Positions 51,295 to 61,082 of a DNA stretch of 64,000 nt are shown one piece after another (position 1 is the stretch's first letter; each line of letters begins with the position of its first letter). Under the pieces are notes generated by a model that saw only the letters and a program-made list of their open reading frames with translations, ran no database searches and was not told where the DNA came from. The stretch spans positions 25,203 to 89,202 of the forward strand of contig DAINRR010000005.1 of NCBI GenBank assembly GCA_036741715.1. Reading direction: 5' to 3'. Source of the stretch: Gemmatimonadales bacterium. GTDB taxonomy: Bacteria > Gemmatimonadota > Gemmatimonadetes > Gemmatimonadales > GWC2-71-9. The translations under genes were made by a program, and so were the position numbers.

Positions 51295-51340
51295 CGCGGC
51301 TGAAGCCGCGGCTCGGCTGGTGGTCGCTGAAGCGACCTGG
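51295..51340. repeat. double-hairpin repeat element, orientation A
   Basis: CGCGGC-TGAA-GCCGCG, linker GCTCGGCTGGT, GGTCGC-TGAA-GCGACC. The same element occurs inverted at 51503, 51643, 51783 and 58022, and directly at 58152. Confidence 0.75.
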
Positions 51341-51416
51341 TGCCGTGTGCGGGCGAGGACCGAGCCCTGTGATGACATCCGGAGCGTGTCCGGAGGGGAA
51401 CGGAGGGTACTCGGGA

Positions 51417-51829
51417 TCCCACGGTCGCCCGGGAAGAATCGCGGGAATCAGGTTTCAGCTACCGGGCGCCCCGGGGTGCAACGTCGGCGGGCATGAGCGG
51501 AGCCAGGTCGCTTCAGCGACCACCATCTGAGCCGCGGCTTCAGCCGCGAGCGAGAGGCATCCCGCGGTCGTCCGAGGAAATTGCGGGATAAAATCTCAGA
51601 GGCGGGGCGCCCCGGGTGCGACGGCCGCGGGCATGAGCGGAGCCAGGTCGCTTCAGCGACCACCAGCCGAGCCGCGGCTTCAGCCGCGAGCGAGAGGCAT
51701 CCCGCGGTCGTCCGAGGAAATTGCGGGATAAAATCTCAGAGGCGGGGCGCCCCGGGTGCGACGGCCGCGGGCATGAGCGGAGCCAGGTCGCTTCAGCGAC
51801 CACCAGCCGAGCCGCGGCTTCAGCCGCGA
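51417..51829. repeat. direct tandem repeat, 140-bp period, about 3 copies, each carrying one inverted double-hairpin element
   Basis: Units 51491-51630 and 51631-51770 differ at only 2 positions by my reading (CATCTGA vs CAGCCGA). The third unit is truncated near 51829. A diverged partial unit precedes at about 51417-51490. Elements lie at 51503-51548, 51643-51688 and 51783-51828. Confidence 0.8.
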
Positions 51830-51858
51830 ACGAGCCGGGACGCCGACATATGAACACA

Positions 51859-51889
51859 GGGCCGGGTCATCGACCCGGCCCCGCTGCGC
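51859..51889. repeat. asymmetric GC hairpin element, right (inverted) copy; possible terminator of the cupin gene
   Basis: GGGCCGGGT-catcg-ACCCGGCCC-CGCTGCGC, 37 nt downstream of the cupin gene stop (51926, minus strand). Confidence 0.7.
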
Positions 51890-51925
51890 TCGCATGAAAT
51901 CGCGCGCCCGGAAACTCCCGTCAAT

Positions 51926-52498
51926 TCAGAACGGGCAGTTCGTCGGCGCCGGCGCGTCGATGCGGAGCGGTTTGCCGGGAGGCGCCAGGTACACCACCGT
52001 ATTCACGGCAGGCTCGTCCGTCTCGTTCCGCGCGATGTGCGCATGCTCCCCCTTGTCGAGATAGCCCTGCCCTGCCGTACGCACGATCGGCGTGCAGGTC
52101 GGATCGTCCGACTCGTAGAACGTCATCGTGCCGGACAGCACCTGAATGAAGACCGGCCCCGGGTGGCGGTGCCAACCGCTGTACGAGCCGGGCGCGAAGT
52201 TGATCGACTGGACCGCCACGTCGAGTCCGCGGAGCGCCTTGACCTCCACGTGCCAGTCGCCCTCGATCCGCTTGACCTTGAAGGTCTGCTCGCCCGGGGT
52301 GGTGAAGGTGGCGCGTCCGAGCGGTGTGGAGCTCGACCCGGACCCGACGGTGAAATGCATGTCCTCGTGGGCGTCGGTCGTCATCGGAACGGCCGGGGGC
52401 GCGGTGGCCGGCTCGAACGGCTTCTCGGCATCGGTGCAGGCGAGGAATGGTGCGCCCAGCAGAACGACGGCCAGCGGATAACGGCGATGAAAACGCAT
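51926..52498 (-). CDS. cupin-domain lipoprotein
   Basis: Start is ATG 52498 with GGAGG 6 nt upstream. Signal/lipobox is 'MRFHRRYPLAVVLLGAPFLAC'. Cupin core is 'GSYSGWHRHPGPVFIQVLSGTMTFYE...GEHAHIARN'. Confidence 0.8.
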   Translation of the reverse strand: MRFHRRYPLAVVLLGAPFLACTDAEKPFEPATAPPAVPMTTDAHEDMHFTVGSGSSSTPLGRATFTTPGEQTFKVKRIEGDWHVEVKALRGLDVAVQSINFAPGSYSGWHRHPGPVFIQVLSGTMTFYESDDPTCTPIVRTAGQGYLDKGEHAHIARNETDEPAVNTVVYLAPPGKPLRIDAPAPTNCPF

Positions 52499-52677
52499 GA
52501 GTGCCTCCAGGGGGAAAGTGCCTCGGGAGGGCGCAGCAATCTGTCCGCGGTTCCGGCCGAGCCATATATTGGCGTCGAACGAGCCGGGTGCTCCCTCTTC
52601 CCCTTGTACGGGATGCGCTGGCGAATCCCGACATCGCCGTTTTCCGCGAATCGTGCCGCCTTCCCGGAGAGCCCTCC

Positions 52678-53238
52678 ATGGATCGTGATGCGCCGCCGTC
52701 CGGTGCCGGCGGGATGCCCGGCAGCGGGGGGCAGGAGTCGCTCGAACGGGTCGTCGCACTCACCTATCAGGACCTGCGTGCGATCGCGCATCGCCGGCTC
52801 AGGGCGCACGCTCGCGGCGGCACGCTGTCCACGACGGCGCTCGTGCACGAGGCCTACCTCAAGCTTTTTCATGCCTCGCGCGCCTCGTGGGAAGACGTCG
52901 CGCACTTCCTCGCGCTCGCGTCGACCGCGATGCGGCACGTGCTGATCGATCGCGCGCGCGAGCGCAGCGCCCTCAAGCGCGGCGGCGCGCGGCAGCGGAT
53001 CTCCCTCGATGCCGATGCACTCGCCATCGAGGACCAGCCCGATGCCCTGCTGCAGCTCGACGACGCGCTCGATCGCCTCGCGAAGCTCGAGCCGCGCCTC
53101 GCGCAGGTCGTGGAGTGCCGCTTCTTCGGCGGCCTCACGGAGCCGGAGACCGCGGAGGCGCTCGGCGTCACCGAGCGCACCGTGCAGCGGGACTGGGTCA
53201 AGGCGCGCGTGCTGCTGCGCCGGCTCCTCGGGCCCTGA
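52678..53238 (+). CDS. ECF-type sigma-70 family RNA polymerase sigma factor
   Basis: ATG 52678 (GGAGAG upstream). Region 2 is 'TTALVHEAYLKLF...FLALASTAMRHVLIDRAR'. Region 4 is 'LAQVVECRFFGGLTEPETAEALGVTERTVQRDW'. Confidence 0.9.
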   Translation: MDRDAPPSGAGGMPGSGGQESLERVVALTYQDLRAIAHRRLRAHARGGTLSTTALVHEAYLKLFHASRASWEDVAHFLALASTAMRHVLIDRARERSALKRGGARQRISLDADALAIEDQPDALLQLDDALDRLAKLEPRLAQVVECRFFGGLTEPETAEALGVTERTVQRDWVKARVLLRRLLGP

Positions 53239-53255
53239 CCGCCCGCGCATCGCCC

Positions 53256-56207
<2,952 letters not shown>

Positions 56208-56235
56208 GGCGGAAGCCTGGGCGTGACGGCCGACA

Positions 56236-57843
56236 TCAGTCGGCCAGAAATGCGCGCGCCTCGCCGATCGCCGCGCGCCGGCTGTCGCCGGCCACCACGA
56301 GCAGCGCCTCGTAGGAGGCGCGCGCCATCCCGGTATCGCCCACCGTGCGGGCGGCGCGCGCCGAGCCGAGCAGGCTATTGAAGCGGCGCGGATAGAGGTC
56401 GAGCGATCGCCGATAGGCGGCGAGAGCTTCGGCCGGGCGTTCCTGCGTGAGGAGCAGGTCGCCGAGGAGCTCGTGCGCCGGGAGTGTCGGCGCCGGCGTG
56501 ACGGCGTGCTTCGGCGTTGCGAGCTCGAGCTCGGCCGCCGCGGTCATGAGCGCCACCGCCGAGTCGGCGTGTCGTTCGCCTTGCAGGATCCATGCATCGA
56601 GCTCGAGCTGGAGAACGCGGATGTTGCGAGCGAAGAGCGCTTCGCCCGCTGCGGTTGCAGCGCGCTCGAGGGCGGCGAGGCGCGCCGCCGCCTCCCGCGC
56701 CGGCGGAAGGGACGACGCGCGGGCGGCGCCGAGGCCGCGCGCAAACCAGGTGATCGCCTCGGGCCAGGGAAAGCGGTCCCAGGCGAGCGTTGCGGGTGCG
56801 CGGACCGGCAACGCGGCCGCCTCGAGCCAGGACTTTCGCTCCAGCGCGTCACGCGCGGCGGTAGAGGCGAGGTGGAACGCCGTCTTGAAGGTGGGCTCGA
56901 GTCGCGGAGTGGCGCGGAGCCGGTGGAGCTCCGCACGGGCGGCGCTGTCCGCACCGAGCTGAAGCAGGGCGTAGACGAGGTACTCGATCGCGTGGGGGAA
57001 TTCGTCCCACACCAGCTCTCGCTGCTCGCCCGCGGGGTGCGCGAGCGCCGCCTCCGCCGCGCGCCGGTTGCCCGCGATCACGGCGAGCCAGTCGCCCTGC
57101 CGCACGTAGATGTGCGTCGGCATGTGCAGCGCATGCGGATTCTCCGGGGCCTCGGCGGCGTAGCGCCGCACCACCTCCGGCGATCGCCCCTCACGACCCG
57201 GTGCATCGTTGGCGTGCACGAGATAGTGCTGCGCGCCCGGGTGGTGCGGATTGCGGTCGAGGAGGCCGAGCAGCAGCGCCGCAGCGCGATCCGCATTCCG
57301 TGAGGACGACGAGTCGGATGGCGCGACGGCGAGAAGGGCGAGCGCACGGAACGCCGCGATCTCGTCGTCATCGGGGTGCGCAGCGTGAGCCTCCGCCATC
57401 GCCCGCTCCCACCGCCGGATGCGCTCCCAGTAATCCGCTGCCGGCTCGCGATAGAACGCCTCCGCCGCGGCGATGAGGCTGCGCTCGCGAGGTCCCGGAT
57501 CCTGCGCGAGTGCGTCCGCAACGGCTTCCCGCCCGCGGCGCAGCTCTTCCGGCCCCGGCCGCGTGGGCCAGAGCGGCTGGAAAAGGCTCATGGCCACGCC
57601 CCAGTGCGCGATGGCGCAACGGGGATCGATCCGCGCCGCGCGCCTGAACGCCGCGCGCGCTTCCGGGTACGTCATGTGATGCAACAGGACCAGTCCCTGC
57701 TCGAACGCGGCCCGAGCCGGCGCCGTGCACGCGACGGACGGCGCACGCGCGCCGCTCGACGATGGGACCTGGGCGGACGCAGTCATCGGGATCGCAGCCA
57801 GGGCGGCGATGACCGCGACGATCGGGACACTGGCACGGGGCAT
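56236..57843 (-). CDS. secreted all-helical (TPR-like) protein, unknown function
   Basis: Start trimmed to ATG 57843 (MPRASVPIVAVIAALAAIPMTASAQ). It is helical-repeat throughout, with conserved-looking 'HYLVHANDAPG' and 'HALHMPTHIY'. Confidence 0.75.
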   Translation of the reverse strand: MPRASVPIVAVIAALAAIPMTASAQVPSSSGARAPSVACTAPARAAFEQGLVLLHHMTYPEARAAFRRAARIDPRCAIAHWGVAMSLFQPLWPTRPGPEELRRGREAVADALAQDPGPRERSLIAAAEAFYREPAADYWERIRRWERAMAEAHAAHPDDDEIAAFRALALLAVAPSDSSSSRNADRAAALLLGLLDRNPHHPGAQHYLVHANDAPGREGRSPEVVRRYAAEAPENPHALHMPTHIYVRQGDWLAVIAGNRRAAEAALAHPAGEQRELVWDEFPHAIEYLVYALLQLGADSAARAELHRLRATPRLEPTFKTAFHLASTAARDALERKSWLEAAALPVRAPATLAWDRFPWPEAITWFARGLGAARASSLPPAREAAARLAALERAATAAGEALFARNIRVLQLELDAWILQGERHADSAVALMTAAAELELATPKHAVTPAPTLPAHELLGDLLLTQERPAEALAAYRRSLDLYPRRFNSLLGSARAARTVGDTGMARASYEALLVVAGDSRRAAIGEARAFLAD

Positions 57844-58021
57844 CTGTGCTCCAGGCGGAATGCGCCCACCATATTCGCCGCGGGAAGGCGGAGGGGCAAG
57901 CACGATCAGACCACTCGGGCGGGACGGCAGGGCTCTCACGACAGAAGAGGCATTCCTCGGCTGGGGAGCGTCGATGCGGAGACCTCAGCCTGGGCGCGCG
58001 AAGTAATTCGCCGGGTTCTGC

Positions 58022-58064
58022 GCCCGCTTCAGCGGGCACCAGCCGAGCCGCGGCTTCAGCCGCG
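58022..58064. repeat. double-hairpin repeat element, inverted orientation, variant second stem
   Basis: GCCCGC-TTCA-GCGGGC, linker ACCAGCCGAGC, CGCGGC-TTCA-GCCGCG. Confidence 0.75.
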
Positions 58065-58095
58065 AATGCGCGCGATCCGCGTCCCTGCGGACAAG

Positions 58096-58120
58096 GGGCC
58101 CGGGTCTCCGACCCGGGCCC
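58096..58120. repeat. GC hairpin related to the 51-kb hairpin elements
   Basis: GGGCCCGGGT-ctccg-ACCCGGGCCC followed by TTCTC. It sits between the two 58-kb double-hairpin elements. Confidence 0.6.
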
Positions 58121-58151
58121 TTCTCGAACAAACACGTTATCCTCGCGGTCT

Positions 58152-58197
58152 CGCGGCTGAAGCCGCGGCTCGGCTGGTGGCCCCTGAAGGGGCCTGG
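58152..58197. repeat. double-hairpin repeat element, orientation A, variant second stem
   Basis: CGCGGC-TGAA-GCCGCG, linker GCTCGGCTGGT, GGCCCC-TGAA-GGGGCC, then TGG. Confidence 0.75.
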
Positions 58198-58301
58198 CTC
58201 CGCTGCCCGTACAGCTCCCGCTCGCATCCTTTGATCATGTTTCTCCGTAGTGTTCTCTGCAGCAGCGCCCGCGATCCCTCTCCAACCGATCCGAGACGAT
58301 C

Positions 58302-59549
58302 ATGCCATCCTCGCTGTGTCGCACCGTCATGGTCTTGTGCCTCGCTCTCGCCGTGGCCTCGTGCGCGGCGGAGCCCGCCGAGTCGTGGGGCTTCGTCGCG
58401 ACGCTCGGCGACGACACGACCTCCGTGGAGCGCGTCACCCGCGAGGGCAACCGGATCACGGGGGACGCCGTCGGCCGCTCGCCGATGGTAGTGCGCCGCC
58501 ACTGGGAGGCGACGCTCGCGCCGGACGGGTCGGTCGAGCGCTGGGTGATGGATACGCACATCCCGAACGCGCCCGAGGGCGAGCGCGATCTGCACCACGA
58601 GATCGAGCGACGGGACGGCAGCATCCGCATGGTGCGGCAGGCGGGAAAGGACTCGATGGACCGCACGGTGCGCGAGGCCTCCATCCGCACGGTGCCGTGG
58701 AACGCCTTCCTCTATGCGACGTCGGAGCTGCTCTTCCAGAACGCGCGCGGGCTGCCGGATACGGCGCGAGTCGGGCAGTACTTCTTCGAGGGATGGGCCG
58801 AAGGGAAGCTCGGCTTTGCGCGAGTTCGGCCGCTCGGCAACGGGCGCGTCTCGATCACGAGCACGGGCCTCGCCGGCTCCGGCGTGGCGGAGCTCGACGA
58901 CTCGGCGCGAATGCTTTCCTATTCGGGTGCTGGCACCACGTATCACCAGGAAGTGCGACGAGTGAGCGATGTGCCGGACCTCGATCCGATCCTGCAACGA
59001 TTCGCGGCCGAAGAGCGCTCGAAGGGAGTTCAGCGCTGGCTCAGCGTGCGGGATACGATGCGGGCGACGGTGTCGGATAAGGCGGACGAGGCGGACGAGG
59101 CGGACGAGAGGGTGGAGCTGATTGTCGATTACGGGCGGCCGCTGCGGCGGGGGCGCACGCTGCTCGGCAATCTCATTCCGTACGGCCAGGTCTGGCGCAC
59201 CGGTGCCAACGCCGCGACGCAGTTCACGGCCTCGGCGCCGATCCGCCTCGGCGGCGTGCCGCTCGACAGCGGGACGGTGACGCTCTGGACGCTCCCCACC
59301 GAGCGGGACGTGCAGCTCATCATCAACCGGGAGACCGGGCAGTGGGGCACGTCGTACCGCGCGGAGAACGACATCGCGCGGATCGCGATGCAGGTGGACA
59401 CGCTGGGAACGCCGGTCGAGGTGTTTACGATCGCCGTGGACAGTGCGAGCTCGCGGCTGGTGATGGAATGGGGCACGTTCAGTTGGAGCGTGCCGGTGAG
59501 CGCGTCCGTGAGCCAGGCCACACCCCGCGCGACGCGTCCTCGGCCGTAG
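58302..59549 (+). CDS. lipoprotein with C-terminal DUF2911-like domain
   Basis: Lipobox 'LALAVASC'. The C-terminal 'VDYGRPLRRGRTLLGNLIPYGQVWRTGANAATQFT...LWTLPT' matches the DUF2911 pattern from memory. Confidence 0.8.
   Translation: MPSSLCRTVMVLCLALAVASCAAEPAESWGFVATLGDDTTSVERVTREGNRITGDAVGRSPMVVRRHWEATLAPDGSVERWVMDTHIPNAPEGERDLHHEIERRDGSIRMVRQAGKDSMDRTVREASIRTVPWNAFLYATSELLFQNARGLPDTARVGQYFFEGWAEGKLGFARVRPLGNGRVSITSTGLAGSGVAELDDSARMLSYSGAGTTYHQEVRRVSDVPDLDPILQRFAAEERSKGVQRWLSVRDTMRATVSDKADEADEADERVELIVDYGRPLRRGRTLLGNLIPYGQVWRTGANAATQFTASAPIRLGGVPLDSGTVTLWTLPTERDVQLIINRETGQWGTSYRAENDIARIAMQVDTLGTPVEVFTIAVDSASSRLVMEWGTFSWSVPVSASVSQATPRATRPRP
59082..59108 (+). repeat. in-frame 9-bp tandem repeat GCGGACGAG x3 inside the DUF2911 lipoprotein gene
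   Basis: It encodes ADEADEADE at the junction between the N-terminal region and the DUF2911 domain. The 9-mer is the same as one unit of the kinase repeat. Confidence 0.9.
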
Positions 59550-59598
59550 ACCTCACCCTGCCACCACTACAGAATGCAGCCTCACGCTGGAGGTGGAT

Positions 59599-60024
59599 AT
59601 GGCCACACGGACGATCGACGCGGAAGTGCTGGAGCTGGAGCAGCGCTTCTGGCAGGCGCTCAAGGACATGGATGTGGAGACGGCGGCGAGCCTGATGGAC
59701 GAGCCATCCCTGCTGACCGGGGCGCAGGGCGTGGGCATGGTGGACCGGAAGTCGTTCCGGGAGATGATGGCGGCTCCAAACTACACACTCGACCGGTTCG
59801 AGCTGAAGGACGGGGCCCAGGTACGCCAGCTGAGCGATGACATCGTGATCATCGGCTACGAGGCACATGAGGAGCTGACGGTCGAAGGGAAGCCGGTGAC
59901 CGTGGACGTCGTGGATACCTCCGTCTGGGTCCGGAAGGAGGGGCGCTGGCTCTGCGCGGCGCATACCGAAGCGATCCGGGGTGATCCGTTCGGCCGGGAT
60001 AGGACCGTCGCGCCTTCCCGTTGA
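59599..60024 (+). CDS. NTF2-like (SnoaL/DUF4440-type) small protein
   Basis: ATG 59599 with GGAGG 5 nt upstream (the track start is GTG 59593). 'LELEQRFWQALKDMDVETAASLM...VDTSVWVRKEGRWLCAAHTE' is typical of the NTF2-like fold. Confidence 0.8.
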   Translation: MATRTIDAEVLELEQRFWQALKDMDVETAASLMDEPSLLTGAQGVGMVDRKSFREMMAAPNYTLDRFELKDGAQVRQLSDDIVIIGYEAHEELTVEGKPVTVDVVDTSVWVRKEGRWLCAAHTEAIRGDPFGRDRTVAPSR

Positions 60025-60038
60025 TCGACGAATAGATT

Positions 60039-60070
60039 CGCCGCTGCCCGCTACGAAGCGGGCAGCGGCG
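60039..60070 (+). terminator. intrinsic-terminator-like hairpin after the NTF2-like gene
   Basis: CGCCGCTGCCCGC (60039-60051) - tacgaa - GCGGGCAGCGGCG (60058-70), a 13-bp perfect stem. It lies 15 nt after the stop and is followed by ACTGGCTTTCCC. Confidence 0.6.
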
Positions 60071-60279
60071 ACTGGCTTTCCCTCCCCCCATCAAGACACC
60101 CATCTTCGGCACGCGCCTGGCACCCTCGCCAGAATCGGCGCTGATGAATCCCGAGCTCGCGTGCCGTCTCATGGGGACTGGACATCGGTGCGTCCAGGTT
60201 ATTCGCCGCCGCCGCTTCCGAGCGGCGGCTCATCCATTCGCAGTCAGGGCCCGGAGTGCCTGAAAGACCGGAGGCCACC

Positions 60280-60897
60280 ATGAAGCGTGCAGTCGACACT
60301 CTCTTCGCGTTCGTCGCCTCTTTCCTGCTCGCTGCCTGCAGCGAAGGCACCACTCCAGTGGCGCCCGCCCCGGACCTGGCGGCGCACCAGGCCGCCGCGC
60401 CGGAAGCCGGCGTCGCGGCACACGATCACATCGCCCTGACCGCCGGCGTGCAGGATGAACTCGCACAGGTGCGGAGGGCGACTGCCCGGTTCCACCGGGT
60501 CGAGGAGGCGATCGCGGCCGGATACGAGCTCGGCTGGGTTAACGGGTCAGGCGTCCGCATCATCACCGGCTGCGTCGCCCACCCCACGGCAGGGGCGATG
60601 GGGTATCACTATTTCAACCAGGAGCTGGTGGACGACCTCGCGGTCGATGCGCTCGAGCCCGAAGTCCTGGTCTACGAGTCTGCGCCCGATGGCGGTCTCA
60701 AGCTCGTCGCCGTGGAGTGGGTCGTTCCCGGGCCGAACACGAACCCCCCTGGCACGGCCGTCGCGCCGAGCGTGCTCGGGGAGGAGATGCACATCCTCGT
60801 TCCCGCGGTCGGGTTCTGGCTCAGGCACGCGTGGATCTGGAAGCACAACCCGGCAGGAATGTTCGCAGACTTCAACCCCGACGTGACGTGCCCATAG
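60280..60897 (+). CDS. lipoprotein of unrecognised family (paralogue of 46971-47552)
   Basis: ATG 60280 with GGAGG 5 nt upstream. Signal/lipobox is 'MKRAVDTLFAFVASFLLAAC'. Shared blocks are 'ARFHR', 'GAMGYHYFN', 'LEPEVLVYESAPDGGLKLVAVEWV', 'HAWIWKHNPAGMFADFNPDVTC'. Confidence 0.75.
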   Translation: MKRAVDTLFAFVASFLLAACSEGTTPVAPAPDLAAHQAAAPEAGVAAHDHIALTAGVQDELAQVRRATARFHRVEEAIAAGYELGWVNGSGVRIITGCVAHPTAGAMGYHYFNQELVDDLAVDALEPEVLVYESAPDGGLKLVAVEWVVPGPNTNPPGTAVAPSVLGEEMHILVPAVGFWLRHAWIWKHNPAGMFADFNPDVTCP

Positions 60898-60924
60898 GCC
60901 CGGACAGGCTGGAGAGCATCACAC

Positions 60925-60959
60925 AGCCGCCGCCGTGTCCGGAGCTGACGGCGGCGGCT
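60925..60959. terminator. 12-bp perfect stem hairpin between convergent genes
   Basis: AGCCGCCGCCGT (60925-60936) and ACGGCGGCGGCT (60948-60959) with an 11-nt loop. It lies between the stop at 60897 (+) and the stop at 61083 (-). Confidence 0.5.
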
Positions 60960-61082
60960 CACTTCCCGCCCTGCTCGATACCGTGACGGCTCGGGAAGTC
61001 CGGCGCACTGGCGAAGGGAAACGCTGGCCGTCGCTGCGCTTGGCGCGCGACGTCGATCGAAGCCCCGGGATGCATCGCAGAA

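Noticed and set aside
51417-51829. Possible CRISPR array (regularly spaced 46-nt palindromic repeats)
   Set aside because: The 94-nt 'spacers' between repeats are themselves identical, so the whole 140-bp unit is repeated. One further copy is inverted, and there are no cas genes in the window. It is a tandem/inverted repeat structure, not a CRISPR.
51540-51895. Short ORFs across the repeat array (for example 51540-51857, 51680-51895, 51448-51663)
   Set aside because: They simply read through the repeats (recurrent AAEAAARLVVAEATW and SRLKPRLGWWSLKRPG peptides from both orientations of the hairpins). They have no RBS or start context.
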